Shown here: positions 16,903-28,879 of the stretch, piece after piece
Layout: each line of letters starts with the position of its first letter
Position numbering within the stretch: position 1 is the first letter of the stretch
From: Escherichia phage vB_EcoM_SP1
DNA: 64,000 bases
Sequence record: MT682709.1
Strand: one strand, 5' to 3'
Notes under the pieces: generated by a model
Seen by the model: only the letters and a program-made list of their open reading frames with translations
Database searches by the model: none
What the model was told of the DNA's origin: nothing
Translations under genes and position numbers: made by a program

Positions 16903-18707
16903 TATGCAATCCTTATCCAACGGTATACAGTAATAGACGGTTGAATATTACTAATATTAGCAGGAGGAGTATGTGAAGAGTTTGTTGTTGCGTAGTCTTC
17001 ACGATATTTTGTATATATAGGACCAGTTTCATCTGGGTCATATTGGCAACCTCCAATAATAACTGATCCGTTTTCGTCTTCAATTAAAACTCTTTCGTCG
17101 GTTTTAGTTGCAGGAAGATTTGCGTTTTCAAGTGTCACCGTTGTTGTTCCAACTGTTCCACCGGCAGTATGTGAAGGATTTCCGCTAGAATCTAAATCAT
17201 TATTGTTTAAAGCAAAGTTTGGATCCGTAACATCATCATTCCATCCTACTAAAACTTGTCCTTTACCAAATAATTTCCATGAACCAAATCCCATATAAGT
17301 CACCGGATTATTTGGATTTATAGCATTTTCATAAATTGAACCAACAGGATAAATGCTGTCGAAAATAGATGATATTGAATTATACATTCTAGTATAAGAA
17401 TCAACTTTTTCAACATTTGGCCAACCGATTTTATCAAAATCTGTTAAGGCTACATCACCAGTAACTTCGGTAGATGATCCTTTGCTAACATAACGGTCAT
17501 CCGTTAATTCAATAATGTCATCTTTTTCTAAAAGAGTTCCTAAATCATTATTGAACCACGTTATAACGATTATATCACCTGATTCAAATTTTCTATCAAA
17601 TAAAAGACTGGTAGGTTTTCCATCTTCATATTCTATAGAATAATCTGTGTTTGATTCTTTCCATTCACCACCAAGAGATATACAACCTTCTCGCGTATCT
17701 GAACTAGCGCCTTCACACAAAAACAGAGGATATCCAGCGGTTCCAGCCTGCTGCTGTAAAATTCCATTAAAACGAACCTCAAGAGAATTAGGATTAATGG
17801 GTTCACCAGGAATTAATCCAAATGCAGAAAATGGAATTGATTTCATCGCCGATAAATCAGTAACATAAATGCTTCCTTCTAAAGAAGTCTTTGATGTTAG
17901 TTTTGAATCTAGTACTTTTATTTGGCGTCTTGTATATGAACTTCTCCATTGTGATACACCATCCATAAATGTTTCAATTTGAACGGTGTCACCAATATTA
18001 CAAGGCTGTCTTAATCGAATATTAAATCCATCAAGAGGAACTAATTCGCCTTCATTTTCGCCCGGAGAGCCAAAGTCACTATTTTCGCTAAATACATCAC
18101 CGTAATACAATTCGTTACCACGATGTTTTACTCTGATGTTATTGACATTATAACTAGTTCCATTGAAAACATCTAAAAAGTCAGTTTGTCCTTGAACTTC
18201 AACTAAAAATTCTTTGCGAGCTACATTACTAATATCTGAACTAACAATTTTGTCAATTTGTTTGTTTTTGACATATTCCCAACGTCCTGGAGCGCAATAA
18301 ACGAGCTCTAAATCACTAAATTGAATATTAATTTCAACTGATGATGACGACCCTTTAATTGTATCTCCGGAAGCAGCTACTAGTGTAACTGGATTGACGT
18401 TCCATGTAGCAAATACGTCTCTAGCTCTAATTACCTTGTTGTAATCATTAACAGTTCCTTTAGGAAGTTGTAGAGTTACTCTTCCAGACGAAGTATTAAT
18501 GGCATATGATTTTCCCCATTCTGCCGTTAGTGTTTGTCCAGATGAAGCATCATAAGTTTTCCAGGCACCGGCTGAATATGGAACATCTCCATCACCAAGT
18601 TCATAATAAAGTTCATCAAAGTTTTCATTTATTTTTATACCACCTTTACGCAGGTAGTCACCGGTACCATCATCAACAACATTACCGATATTAATATTTT
18701 GTTTCAT
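16902..18707 (-). CDS. 10: baseplate wedge protein gp10
   Basis: 601 aa, T4 order. Confidence 0.88.
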   Translation of the reverse strand: MKQNINIGNVVDDGTGDYLRKGGIKINENFDELYYELGDGDVPYSAGAWKTYDASSGQTLTAEWGKSYAINTSSGRVTLQLPKGTVNDYNKVIRARDVFATWNVNPVTLVAASGDTIKGSSSSVEINIQFSDLELVYCAPGRWEYVKNKQIDKIVSSDISNVARKEFLVEVQGQTDFLDVFNGTSYNVNNIRVKHRGNELYYGDVFSENSDFGSPGENEGELVPLDGFNIRLRQPCNIGDTVQIETFMDGVSQWRSSYTRRQIKVLDSKLTSKTSLEGSIYVTDLSAMKSIPFSAFGLIPGEPINPNSLEVRFNGILQQQAGTAGYPLFLCEGASSDTREGCISLGGEWKESNTDYSIEYEDGKPTSLLFDRKFESGDIIVITWFNNDLGTLLEKDDIIELTDDRYVSKGSSTEVTGDVALTDFDKIGWPNVEKVDSYTRMYNSISSIFDSIYPVGSIYENAINPNNPVTYMGFGSWKLFGKGQVLVGWNDDVTDPNFALNNNDLDSSGNPSHTAGGTVGTTTVTLENANLPATKTDERVLIEDENGSVIIGGCQYDPDETGPIYTKYREDYATTNSSHTPPANISNIQPSITVYRWIRIA

Positions 18708-19573
18708 TATTGAGCCACCCCGATTTTCTGCGTAGCGATAACTTTAACTGCTGCTCTCATACCGACAGTTGAAGAACTTATAGTCGCCGTTACATAATTT
18801 TCTTTAATACTAAATGCAATATTAGCGATTTCGTCTTCTTCGGTTTCATTCCCAACCCGCATGACAGCATATTCAGAAGAAATGACCGTTGAATTAACAG
18901 TATCTACAAGAATATTTATTTCTGCCGTTTTAATTTTTCTTCCATCTACCGATTGACAAGTAACTAGCAATTTAGCCATATTGTATTCAGTACGATGAAA
19001 TAATGGAATGTCAACTGATCCAGATGTAGAAATATTCCATGTACCTTCGGCAGGTGATTCCTTTTGGCCAAACATACTTTCAATAGAATAATTCCAAACT
19101 GACGTAGAATTATCAGATGAAATACAGCGCAAAGTTACTTTACTATATGGGCTAGTTACTACCAAATTACCCGAAACACCTTTAATTGAATCAATGGCTT
19201 GAATTGTTAAAGGATTAGTAACTGATATCGATCCGTTAGAATTAATGAATTCAACACAGTCGCCGAGTTCTCCTCTTTCAATGATAACTTTAACACCAAC
19301 AGTAGAGGTATCAATATCATGTCTAGTACCAACTTTCACCGGAGTTGCGTACTCTGTGATAGAATGCTTTTGATAATATCCAGTAGCATGGATAATTTGG
19401 CCGTCAGCGCCAGTACCATTTGCTACTGCCATTTTACGCTGATCGCCAAACGCGTTATAAATTGCATTAAAATCACTATTAATTTTATTACCACCGTCGA
19501 ATAAGATATCACCAGTAGAAGCGTTACCAATTTCGCCGGTATCAATCAATTTCTTTGGTTCTTGAATGAACAT
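18707..19573 (-). CDS. 9: baseplate wedge / long tail fibre attachment protein gp9
   Basis: 288 aa, T4 order. Confidence 0.85.
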   Translation of the reverse strand: MFIQEPKKLIDTGEIGNASTGDILFDGGNKINSDFNAIYNAFGDQRKMAVANGTGADGQIIHATGYYQKHSITEYATPVKVGTRHDIDTSTVGVKVIIERGELGDCVEFINSNGSISVTNPLTIQAIDSIKGVSGNLVVTSPYSKVTLRCISSDNSTSVWNYSIESMFGQKESPAEGTWNISTSGSVDIPLFHRTEYNMAKLLVTCQSVDGRKIKTAEINILVDTVNSTVISSEYAVMRVGNETEEDEIANIAFSIKENYVTATISSSTVGMRAAVKVIATQKIGVAQ

Positions 19574-19597
19574 AGCGGTTTCCTTATGAGTTTATAG

Positions 19598-19605
19598 TAT
19601 TTATA
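19598..19605 (-). promoter_or_regulatory. late promoter TATAAATA for gene 9
   Basis: tatttata on + strand upstream of the gp9 start. Confidence 0.6.
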
Positions 19606-19631
19606 AAGAAAAAGGGAGCCCATGGGCTCCC
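19606..19631 (-). terminator. intrinsic terminator downstream of gene 8
   Basis: GGGAGCC-catg-GGCTCCC hairpin followed by TTTTTCTTT on the minus strand. Confidence 0.7.
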
Positions 19632-19636
19632 TTAAT

Positions 19637-20641
19637 TTAAAATGTAAACAGAATATTGATTTCTTCTGTTTGATCCATTGCCATAATAATAGGTGGCCTA
19701 TTTTCCATATAAATCATTTCGCCCGAATGCCTCATTAAATCTTCCGGATCATAGTAATCCTTTTCAGCTTTAACGTTTGGGTCATTTGGATGAACTTTAG
19801 CTTCAAGAGGATTCGTGATTATCGATATTTGTCTAAATCCTTTATTTCCTGGCAATGCAGCTTCAGGAAAATAAACTGAATCTAAGTATGCTTTAAAACG
19901 AATAGTATTTGCCTTAACCCGGTAAATTAATCCAAAATCATCTTGCTGCCAAGTGAGGTTATCTTCATACCCCCATCTAGTCGGGTCTTCTTTTAATTCC
20001 TCGGGCCAAGGAACCACGATATATTCATTCGTGCATCTGTTTATAGATACATCAGGCGGAATCTCAAAAAGATATTCCCATACATACCCGTCTCCAGGTT
20101 CGATTGTTCCTTCCGCGTCTCCTCGACCTTCAGGAGGAGTCATTGACCTAACAGAAGGAGTCCATTTTCCACCTAGCTTAAGGCATTCATCCTTATTAGT
20201 TAAAGACTCAATTGAGCACATTCCAGTATCAGGAACATCTAAACAACGATATACTAACCAGCCTGCGCCTGATTCGGTAGCGTTGTAAGGAGCTGAGTTA
20301 CACACTACAATATCGTTAATTCTAAATGTGTATGGATCCGGATATCTAGTATCTCCCCAATCTCGACGAGGAATAACTGCATCAAGCATAGATGGAAGAA
20401 CCTTCACGGTTCCCATCATATGAGTCCACATGTCAGTTACACCTAACACAGAATCGGTGGGATAAGGTGGGGCAAATCCCACCTCATTTTCGTTTGATGA
20501 CCACGGTTCTGATCTTCCAAATGTAATAAAGATAGTGTTTTTATCCGGACCACTTCCAATTGAATTATAAAAATTCAACATTTTTTCTGTTCTAAATTTT
20601 GAAGTAACTATCGCACGATAGATAACACTTGAATCATTCAT
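19637..20641 (-). CDS. 8: baseplate wedge protein gp8
   Basis: 334 aa, T4 order. Confidence 0.85.
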   Translation of the reverse strand: MNDSSVIYRAIVTSKFRTEKMLNFYNSIGSGPDKNTIFITFGRSEPWSSNENEVGFAPPYPTDSVLGVTDMWTHMMGTVKVLPSMLDAVIPRRDWGDTRYPDPYTFRINDIVVCNSAPYNATESGAGWLVYRCLDVPDTGMCSIESLTNKDECLKLGGKWTPSVRSMTPPEGRGDAEGTIEPGDGYVWEYLFEIPPDVSINRCTNEYIVVPWPEELKEDPTRWGYEDNLTWQQDDFGLIYRVKANTIRFKAYLDSVYFPEAALPGNKGFRQISIITNPLEAKVHPNDPNVKAEKDYYDPEDLMRHSGEMIYMENRPPIIMAMDQTEEINILFTF

Positions 20642-23600
20642 CTATTTTAACCTGTGTTGGATTTTCAGGGTCTCTTGGATTTCCTATATTATCTTTTAGA
20701 CGTTTATTAACTAAATCCCTAAATTGCGCAAATGTTGTTCCAGATGCATCAAATAGAGGACTCATTAATTTACGTCGTTCAGATGGCAATTGACCTTGAA
20801 ATATTGAATTATTATTTTCAGCATTATAGTCATCAGGAAGAGGATATTCTACACCAGCCATTGGGCCAGGTTCATAAATTGCTTCGCCTGTTACTGAGTC
20901 ATGCTCAATTTCACCGGTTGGAGTTAATTTAGCTACTCTATCAGCATATTCAGTAGGCAATCCAGAATCCCATTTATAGTTTTTGTATTTATTAATTATA
21001 GTCTCTGTATGTTTAAGAGTTAAACCGACATTAATAAACATTGTTAAAAGGGTAATTGCTATAAATCCAAATCCTACTGGATGAACAAAACGAATAACGT
21101 CAGATTTCCAGCGGGAAGAAGGTAAATTGGATTTAATTTTCATTACATAATATGATCTACTTCTATTAATATAGTCTATATTATTTTGAAGCAAATCCTT
21201 TCCTTTAACCCCGCGAATAATTTCGCCTTCGAAACTAGGGAGTCTTTCTGCTTTAACTTCTTGACCGGCAATTAATCTTCCCAAAAGATTATGAATAGTT
21301 ACGGTCCATTGCAATTTGCCATTGGAATAGCTTCTTTCTATATAAGTAACATTACATCTTCCTGTAGCAGTATAAATCGTTTGTCCTACTAAATCTTCAG
21401 TCAAAGAATCAGATTGAACGATTATATCATATTCAGTACCAGCCCCAGATTCAATTTCAATTTCAACTTCTTCATTATAAAGAACTTTAAAAAGAAATTT
21501 GTATGATGCTTCAATTCCTTTAGTAGAATAAAAATCATAGCTACGTGATTCAAAAAATCTTGCAACAGCATCACGTTTGTCAGCATTTAAATAAATGTTT
21601 CTTTTATATATCTCTGACCACAAATATTCCCACGCATGCTCTTCTCGCGGATATTGGTTACGAATTAAATTTCGTAAATTATTATACTGAGTTCCATATC
21701 CATCAGAAAGATACTGAATATATGCTTCGCAGAATGCCTCAAAATTAGAATCCTGTAGCAAATAAGAATCAGGCATCATTGTGCCAATCAATGGTCTTAA
21801 ATCAGGATCAGCTAATCCATGCTCTTCTTCCGGGGACCAAGGAGTTTCATGCTCTTGGTTTTGTAAAAATGCTTTTAAAAATATTCCAGTTGGCTTCCAA
21901 ATTATTTCAACCGTGTCTCTCACTCGATAGTTAAAATCATAGTAAGAAATTATTTCACCAGAAGATTTATAAAAAAGCATCCCAGACGCATATTTTTTAA
22001 ATCCCGTGAATTTAACATTTGGCATTACTATCGTGCAATCACCATCATCCCAATATTCATGAACTAATCTATCTGGCGATGTTTCCGGAATATTTTCTAT
22101 AACTTTAGTGTATTTTAAATCAGCATAAACTACTACAGCTCTATCAGAGTTGTTTATCCAACAGCGTGTGTTAGATTTTTTAGACCAGTTAAAGAATGGT
22201 TCTGCGTAGTATTTCATCGGCTGAGGTGTAAAAGTTTCCCAATCAGATTTTTCATCTGCTATAAATGCCATCATATGATAATGCTTATCAGCTAGCCATT
22301 CACGAGGAAATTCATATTTAACAGCACCGATTAACTGATACTTCACCACAGTTTCAGGGTCATTAACAACGTTATCGCTTAAAAATTTAAAATTACTAGA
22401 AGATAAAGAAACTAATTTACCGTCAGTTGACATATTCGCATACCCTGGTTGAATACGTCTTCTTTCTTCTTCAGTGTTGCCAAAAACTCTTTTCCACGTT
22501 TTTGTGTCATGATTTAAAACATATATTCCTTTATCAACAGAATCAATTATTTTTGATGTTCTAGGATTAGCATTTAATGTTTCAACTTCACCAATAATAA
22601 GAGCAAAAACTTTATCACCAATAGAATCCATTTTATAACATACTGCTTTAGGATTTCCAGTTATAGTCATCGTATCAGGTTCAAATAGCCTTTCCGAATA
22701 CGTTGGAGATAATGGATCAGAATCTATAGGTGCATTACTCGTTTTTATGTATCTAACTTTGTCTCTGGCGACAACGTAAATGTAATCATCGGTGCAAGTA
22801 ATAGCTTCTGCAATGCGATATACATTAGCTGGTAAAGTCGCGTAAGTGGCAAAAATTTCTACATCAAATCCTAGATGTAATTGGTCGCCAAGTTTAGCGA
22901 ATGTTATATCCTGCGAACTAAATCTGACATCATCAGCTGACCATCTAACATCAGTAGATTTGCGGCCGTAGAAAATCTTGTCGTATCCTAGAACGTATGT
23001 TGTGTTTGCAGATTGGTAATATACTGTCTTAGATAAAGGATATCCTACACGGTCATTGAAGAGCTTTACAGCTTTCCAAGTTTGTCCTTTATCATTGGAT
23101 ACTTTAACTACAGGTTGATAACGCTCAAAAAGGTATAGAATCCCTTCTGATTCCATCAAATAAACTCGGTTAATATCCTTACATACTTGCTGAATAGAAC
23201 CCTGTATTTCATGATACTCATTTTCACCAATAATAAAATTACTTATTGATGAAACATCAACATATGATGGGCTAAATTGAAACGATTCATTCATCAATGC
23301 AGCCATTATAGTGTCATTGTTAAAATTGACATAGTCAGAATTATTAAGAGTAAATTTTTCCTGAATGAATTTATTAGCTAATTGCATTTCAATCATGTTT
23401 TGAAATGTATAAGCATTTGTAGCAAAAGTTTCAAACTCTTCAGTATAAATCCAATCAGACTGCTCAAAATCCTGCGCAGCTGTAGCTACTCTAATAATGT
23501 ACGATGTCAATGGGTCGGCATCATCAAAAAAGAAGCTGTTATTTGCAGTATATCCTAAGTTAACCCATCTGTATTGATTACTCGGGAGATTTTCCCCCGA

Positions 23601-23732
23601 GTCTGTTTTTGTCTCAGCGATTTCTACAAAATAGTAGAAATTAGCACCAACGTCATCCCAGCGTACTTGCACCTGATTTGCGGATAACTTGGAAATTCTG
23701 AGACTAGTGACTGAAGGTGCTTTTACTGTCAT
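20634..23732 (-). CDS. 7: baseplate wedge protein gp7
   Basis: 1032 aa, T4 order. Confidence 0.9.
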   Translation of the reverse strand: MTVKAPSVTSLRISKLSANQVQVRWDDVGANFYYFVEIAETKTDSGENLPSNQYRWVNLGYTANNSFFFDDADPLTSYIIRVATAAQDFEQSDWIYTEEFETFATNAYTFQNMIEMQLANKFIQEKFTLNNSDYVNFNNDTIMAALMNESFQFSPSYVDVSSISNFIIGENEYHEIQGSIQQVCKDINRVYLMESEGILYLFERYQPVVKVSNDKGQTWKAVKLFNDRVGYPLSKTVYYQSANTTYVLGYDKIFYGRKSTDVRWSADDVRFSSQDITFAKLGDQLHLGFDVEIFATYATLPANVYRIAEAITCTDDYIYVVARDKVRYIKTSNAPIDSDPLSPTYSERLFEPDTMTITGNPKAVCYKMDSIGDKVFALIIGEVETLNANPRTSKIIDSVDKGIYVLNHDTKTWKRVFGNTEEERRRIQPGYANMSTDGKLVSLSSSNFKFLSDNVVNDPETVVKYQLIGAVKYEFPREWLADKHYHMMAFIADEKSDWETFTPQPMKYYAEPFFNWSKKSNTRCWINNSDRAVVVYADLKYTKVIENIPETSPDRLVHEYWDDGDCTIVMPNVKFTGFKKYASGMLFYKSSGEIISYYDFNYRVRDTVEIIWKPTGIFLKAFLQNQEHETPWSPEEEHGLADPDLRPLIGTMMPDSYLLQDSNFEAFCEAYIQYLSDGYGTQYNNLRNLIRNQYPREEHAWEYLWSEIYKRNIYLNADKRDAVARFFESRSYDFYSTKGIEASYKFLFKVLYNEEVEIEIESGAGTEYDIIVQSDSLTEDLVGQTIYTATGRCNVTYIERSYSNGKLQWTVTIHNLLGRLIAGQEVKAERLPSFEGEIIRGVKGKDLLQNNIDYINRSRSYYVMKIKSNLPSSRWKSDVIRFVHPVGFGFIAITLLTMFINVGLTLKHTETIINKYKNYKWDSGLPTEYADRVAKLTPTGEIEHDSVTGEAIYEPGPMAGVEYPLPDDYNAENNNSIFQGQLPSERRKLMSPLFDASGTTFAQFRDLVNKRLKDNIGNPRDPENPTQVKIDE

Positions 23733-25711
23733 TGTGATATAGGCTCCAAATCGATAGTTAAGTATTGTGGACGTAAATCATTTTCAAATACGATCAGTGA
23801 ACCATCGCGTGTGAAAATAACATCGTCTATTGGATCAGAATATAGCTCAATAGTCTGAACCTCAAATTTATCGGATGTTAAATTAATTTTAGCGATATTC
23901 CAATAAATCATGTCAGCTGGATAATTTATTTCACCGATAACATAGTATTTGTCACGTCCATCGGAACTTGCTAATTTATTAAAATCATTGCCTGTATATG
24001 GCTGAATGTTTTCATTTTCTGTAACATCACCCGAAGCAAATGGACCAATAATAACTTTACCAATTCCTTTAGAATCTCGGTCTGTTGATACTATACGAAC
24101 GTCATATAATACATCTTCTTCTAAGCCAGTATCAGGATTTACAACCTTTCGTCCGGAATTAAATGAAAACGTATTAGATTCCATAGAACGATCTTTTATT
24201 TGATTATTGTATTTAATACCCGCTTCAGGCGTTTTATAGAAGTTTTGTACTTCACGTACCATCTGAATTGTCGCCGATGAGCCAATAATAGAATGATCTG
24301 CATCATCTACATATGTCAACATCTTAGATTTAGCGAAAGATGAATTAAAAATTTCTACGTCTTCGGTATAATAACGATCAATTTTATCAATTATTTGACC
24401 TTCTAGCCACTGTTCTGATTCTTGCAGCTTATTTAAAGCATATGTGACTTTTAAATTAGTCTTAACAAAAAGATAATTAGGAGAAATAATTGATGGTGTA
24501 ATAGGAGCTAAATTATAATCTTTGAGATAATTTTTAATATCTTCACGTTGTACAGTAGTTAAATATAGTCCTGATTTAGGTTTAGCAGCAATAAATGCAT
24601 AACCAGGCTTAGTAGAATCAGTGAAAGTCTGAACCGCTTGAATAATAGAACCGAATCTTTCTGAGACGAATGTATCATAGTCAGTCGCAGTTACGCAGCG
24701 TTGCTGGGTTTCGCGTTTAATAGTACCCAATTCGCGAATACGTTCAATATCTTCTGGGTCACCGCCGCCATCTGCCCCAACAAAATCTGGGTCATCGTTT
24801 GGGTTTTCGTTAATATTGATGACAGTTATATTTGTTAATGTATCTGCGTATGAAAATCCGACTGCACCATTCGCATCTGCACCGTTAGTACTGATGTACT
24901 CAATAACAATCGTAGAGTTCTGGGTAGGTTTAAGACCTCCAATATAATTAGCAGTCAATGCTCCTTCTGCCGCATTAACAGAAATCTCGCCTTCACCAAA
25001 ATAAAACTCAGTATTTCCATCAATAGTTTCACGCATGTAGTAAATTGTTGATGTAGAACCAGCATGAACCATTGACTTTCTTGTCCAGTTAATCCATTCT
25101 GCTCCATCAACGTATAGTTTAACTTGGTTTCTATCTATATTTTTGTCATAAATGATAATAGGTGTTAATTTATCATAAATGATTTCAGTTCTTACTATAC
25201 GTCCTTGGGCCAATTTTAATCGTGGAAAATATTGGTTATTTTTATCACGAATAGCAATAACATCTTCGGTAGATACAAAGTTATAAGGATTAACAGAAGT
25301 ATCCTTTGCATATGCTAAAAAGCGAGTACCGCGAGGAATAGTAATGTAATTTCTATTCAATGCATCTGTGCAAGTTAGCATAATTTCAGTTTGAGCAGCT
25401 GATTTTGAAGTAGGTAAATATCCATTATCTTGTGCCGCTTGAACTACTGAACTACGTAAGTTAGCAGTACGCATAAAGCTTTCATATACGGCAGCATTAC
25501 CAAACTGCTGAATGTATAATGTATTATAAGCTAAAAGGTCACACAGAACGTTTAATCTTGAGCCTTCAAAATCATAATCCAAAAATTCATTTTGACCATT
25601 AAGCCATTCAATGAGGTTTTGTTTTATTTCAGCAAATGTACCCCCGACGAATATCTCGGGAATAGCATTTGCTGTTCTTGTTAATTGATAATTTACAGGG
25701 GTATTTGCCAT
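23729..25711 (-). CDS. 6: baseplate wedge protein gp6
   Basis: 660 aa, T4 order. Confidence 0.9.
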   Translation of the reverse strand: MANTPVNYQLTRTANAIPEIFVGGTFAEIKQNLIEWLNGQNEFLDYDFEGSRLNVLCDLLAYNTLYIQQFGNAAVYESFMRTANLRSSVVQAAQDNGYLPTSKSAAQTEIMLTCTDALNRNYITIPRGTRFLAYAKDTSVNPYNFVSTEDVIAIRDKNNQYFPRLKLAQGRIVRTEIIYDKLTPIIIYDKNIDRNQVKLYVDGAEWINWTRKSMVHAGSTSTIYYMRETIDGNTEFYFGEGEISVNAAEGALTANYIGGLKPTQNSTIVIEYISTNGADANGAVGFSYADTLTNITVININENPNDDPDFVGADGGGDPEDIERIRELGTIKRETQQRCVTATDYDTFVSERFGSIIQAVQTFTDSTKPGYAFIAAKPKSGLYLTTVQREDIKNYLKDYNLAPITPSIISPNYLFVKTNLKVTYALNKLQESEQWLEGQIIDKIDRYYTEDVEIFNSSFAKSKMLTYVDDADHSIIGSSATIQMVREVQNFYKTPEAGIKYNNQIKDRSMESNTFSFNSGRKVVNPDTGLEEDVLYDVRIVSTDRDSKGIGKVIIGPFASGDVTENENIQPYTGNDFNKLASSDGRDKYYVIGEINYPADMIYWNIAKINLTSDKFEVQTIELYSDPIDDVIFTRDGSLIVFENDLRPQYLTIDLEPISQ

Positions 25712-25719
25712 TTTAAATC

Positions 25720-26013
25720 CTATTTAATGAATACTTTAGATGATGCCTGAGCCACAGTATCACCGCATGATATTGGATCAGCCATTTGAACAGCTTTCTT
25801 TCCAGTGACATATACCTTAGAAGTTCTAGGTTGTGTCACTCCGCCATGTGTTTCATATGGCTTTTTAATTTCTGTATGTTCTGTAATTGGATCACCTGCT
25901 ACGAGAACAGCAATCCCTCCAGTGAATACTTTACTTTGTGTAGCATTCACAACTGTTGGAGGCCACGCTTCATGGCCAGCAGTAACACACTTATCATAAC
26001 TTAATCCTGACAT
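25720..26013 (-). CDS. 5.4: PAAR-repeat spike tip protein gp5.4
   Basis: 97 aa small protein directly downstream of gene 5. Confidence 0.75.
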
Positions 26014-26570
26014 TATTGCCTCTCATATACGTAGCTTTTCAATTTATTAGCCCAACGACTCCAATTTCCAACTATAGTTTTTGTGTAATTTTTAACAAGA
26101 GTTTTTCTTATTGGAGCTGGAGGATCGGTTGGTTCAGTAGTATCAGAAGATGACCTAGAATTACTGCCAGAACCTCCAGATTCACTTTGTTCTTGGTAGT
26201 CATATATTAATGTTACTTCGTAAGTGAATGTCTTCTGGAGGTTTTGAGGAGCTTTCCATAGATATAACTGAGTATTAGAATCAGTTGGAAGGTCTTCCCA
26301 TGAAGCAGCAGTTTTAAATTCATTATCTAAACGATATTTCAATGCGTCATTTCCAAATCCAAACACAGATTCATACGTTCCATATAAACGATTTTCTTCT
26401 ACTAAAACCCCAGGAGTTTCTTCGTAACTAGTTATATTTATAGATACTAACGTTTCACCCGTTTCTAATTGAGCGGTAAAGGTGACGTCGATAGAAGAAC
26501 CTTCCATGGATTCTCCTAAATCAGCGCTCATTGGAAGTATATTAGCCAATGTCAATCCTCGATCCATCAA
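26013..26570 (-). CDS. conserved baseplate-region protein (gp5.1-like)
   Basis: 185 aa ORF between 5 and 5.4. Confidence 0.55.
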
Positions 26571-28269
26571 TTGTGTATTGACCAGATGAAATAGAACTCA
26601 TAGATGCCATTTTTTCTGTCCAATCACCACCAACGTCCCAATCAACTGTCCCAGCAACTTTCCAAGAAAGATTTCCATTTACTGTATTAGTCTGATTTCC
26701 TTCAACTAAAGTGGTAGCATCCCCTTTAACTGTAATGTCAGCATTACCTTCAACTACAATAGTAACATTACCTTTAACTAGGATAGTTCCATTACCTTCA
26801 ACTGTCTTAGTTTCATCGCCACGCACAAATATTGTGTTGCTTCCATCTATTTGGTGAAGACGATTATCCATGTTATAATAAATTTCTGATCCACCGACGT
26901 TAGTCTTTTTATCGCCGGCTACCAAAAAATTACCGTCAGCATTTGTTATATCATACAAATTATCAACAGTTTTTCTCGTTCTTCTTCCTGATGGTGATAC
27001 TTCCTCATATGTTCCAGTCGGATGAACTAATCTGTATCGTTCTTGCCCAGGGGTATCATCAAATTCCTGAATATGACCGCTTTCAGTTTCCATTGTATGA
27101 ACATACGGATACTCACCTTTATATGAAGAAACAGGTTCTTTGAATAAAATTCTTGAATCATTCGGAATAGGAGGATCGGCCGGGTCAGAAGACTTTGCTA
27201 CAGTAGCAGCCATTGCTGACAAAGACCTAGCTGGCGTTTTAACTTCAATACCGTATGATTCCAAATTACCTGTAAGAATAATCATGGTAACACGGGATGC
27301 ACGGCCTTTTGTTTGTTGATACCACAATGAATCACGACCGGCTTTATATGCTTTTTCCCAATCTCCGGCTAACATAGCAGTTAACATTGTGTTAAATTTA
27401 GCTACACCTCCAACACCCATCTGAAATGCCATATTTTCTAATGCCATTTGACGAGAACGATTAACTGCTTTCCAAACTGGGCCAACTTTAGAATGTGATT
27501 TAATGTCACGTTGCATATCAGCCAAATCGCGTTCAAATAAAGTTACCGCTTCTTCCATTGTAATAGAACCTGGATTTCCGGTAATTTCACGACCAACTTG
27601 TTTTGATAAAACTTTATTAATTTGGGTCATATCACGAACTGGCTGCTTCATGATAAGATGACCAATACCAATTGTCGGATATCCTTCAGTATCCCAATAA
27701 ACTTTTAGTCTTAATCCTTCATCACGGCGAAGCATTTCAGCCATTGACATATTTGGATTATCATCAGTTGGAATCTCTGATAGTGGTCTATCATCGGGAT
27801 TTATCGCAGTATCTAAATTACTATCTTGGATAATATTAGAAGACGAATCATATCCTACTTCTCCGCCTTGGTTTAATACGTTAGTATCATTTCCTAGACG
27901 TCTAGGATACTGACCAGTTGGGTCAGAAAATCCTTCAAGTCTATTAGGTTTTTCGCGAACTATTCCGCCATAAGTGCCAAGGACAATTCCGTTAGTTTTC
28001 CATTTGTCTAAAAAATGACCATATACTCTAGTTCCTTCTACTGGCCCTGTAACAGAACCTCCAATTCCAGACATTGCTGCAGAAGTTATCGGTTGAATAA
28101 CTGACATCCATGGCAATTTATCGGTTGGAATACCCATTACATCACCTTGTGCTCTTTGAGGCGGATGCAGACCAACCACACGAACACGAACACGACCTAA
28201 TTTTAATGGGTCCATTCTATCTTCAACAACACCAACAAACCAATTGAGGTTATTACTTATCATTTCCAT
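26542..28269 (-). CDS. 5: baseplate hub and tail lysozyme gp5
   Basis: 575 aa; internal lysozyme domain (MLRRDEGLRLKVYWDTEGYPTIGIGHLI) and C-terminal beta-helix repeats. Confidence 0.93.
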   Translation of the reverse strand: MEMISNNLNWFVGVVEDRMDPLKLGRVRVRVVGLHPPQRAQGDVMGIPTDKLPWMSVIQPITSAAMSGIGGSVTGPVEGTRVYGHFLDKWKTNGIVLGTYGGIVREKPNRLEGFSDPTGQYPRRLGNDTNVLNQGGEVGYDSSSNIIQDSNLDTAINPDDRPLSEIPTDDNPNMSMAEMLRRDEGLRLKVYWDTEGYPTIGIGHLIMKQPVRDMTQINKVLSKQVGREITGNPGSITMEEAVTLFERDLADMQRDIKSHSKVGPVWKAVNRSRQMALENMAFQMGVGGVAKFNTMLTAMLAGDWEKAYKAGRDSLWYQQTKGRASRVTMIILTGNLESYGIEVKTPARSLSAMAATVAKSSDPADPPIPNDSRILFKEPVSSYKGEYPYVHTMETESGHIQEFDDTPGQERYRLVHPTGTYEEVSPSGRRTRKTVDNLYDITNADGNFLVAGDKKTNVGGSEIYYNMDNRLHQIDGSNTIFVRGDETKTVEGNGTILVKGNVTIVVEGNADITVKGDATTLVEGNQTNTVNGNLSWKVAGTVDWDVGGDWTEKMASMSSISSGQYTIDGSRIDIG

Positions 28270-28843
28270 AAGATTTCTCCATTATACGTATAAGGTCGTT
28301 CATAAATGAATTAATGTCTGATTTTGCTATTATTTTTATTTGACGAAGTTTTTCATTTTCAAGAACAGCAGCTTCATACGTATCGACCGCAGCAAGTGCT
28401 CCTTCGTATTGAGGATATTTTCTAGCTTTATCGCCTTTATCATACCAAACATATGGATTATCATCGTATGATATTAAATTATAAAATTTTTCACCATTCT
28501 CATTCACATGATATACTATTTGGTCTCCACCTACATTTTTGTATTTTTGTATAGATGCTTGATAAGCAGCTTCTTGCGAAGTAATCCATCCATAATACGG
28601 ATCATAATTATCATTACACATCAATAAAACCCAATACAACTGCGGATTTCCATATATAGCATTTGCTAATTCTTCCGGGCGTGGTGAACCTTTAATATAA
28701 TAAGTACGTAAGCGGTATCCCGCAAGAGCGCGTTTGAAATAGTCTTTATAGTTTCTAAAAATATCTGTCATAGGAATAGTCGGCGCGTTTTTATTCACCG
28801 TTTTGGCCGCATATTCAATCGGATCAAAAAATGTAAAGAGCAT
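28253..28843 (-). CDS. 53: baseplate wedge protein gp53
   Basis: 196 aa, T4 order. Confidence 0.85.
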   Translation of the reverse strand: MLFTFFDPIEYAAKTVNKNAPTIPMTDIFRNYKDYFKRALAGYRLRTYYIKGSPRPEELANAIYGNPQLYWVLLMCNDNYDPYYGWITSQEAAYQASIQKYKNVGGDQIVYHVNENGEKFYNLISYDDNPYVWYDKGDKARKYPQYEGALAAVDTYEAAVLENEKLRQIKIIAKSDINSFMNDLIRIMEKSYGNDK

Positions 28844-28856
28844 GGGCCCTCCTGTT

Positions 28857-28864
28857 TATAAATA
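28857..28864 (+). promoter_or_regulatory. late promoter TATAAATA for genes 4-2-3
   Basis: tataaata 27 nt upstream of the gene 4 ATG. Confidence 0.6.
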
Positions 28865-28871
28865 TATTATC

Positions 28872-28879
28872 TATTTATA
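28872..28879 (-). promoter_or_regulatory. late promoter TATAAATA for gene 53
   Basis: tatttata on + strand 29 nt upstream of the gp53 ATG; divergent with the gene 4 promoter. Confidence 0.6.
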
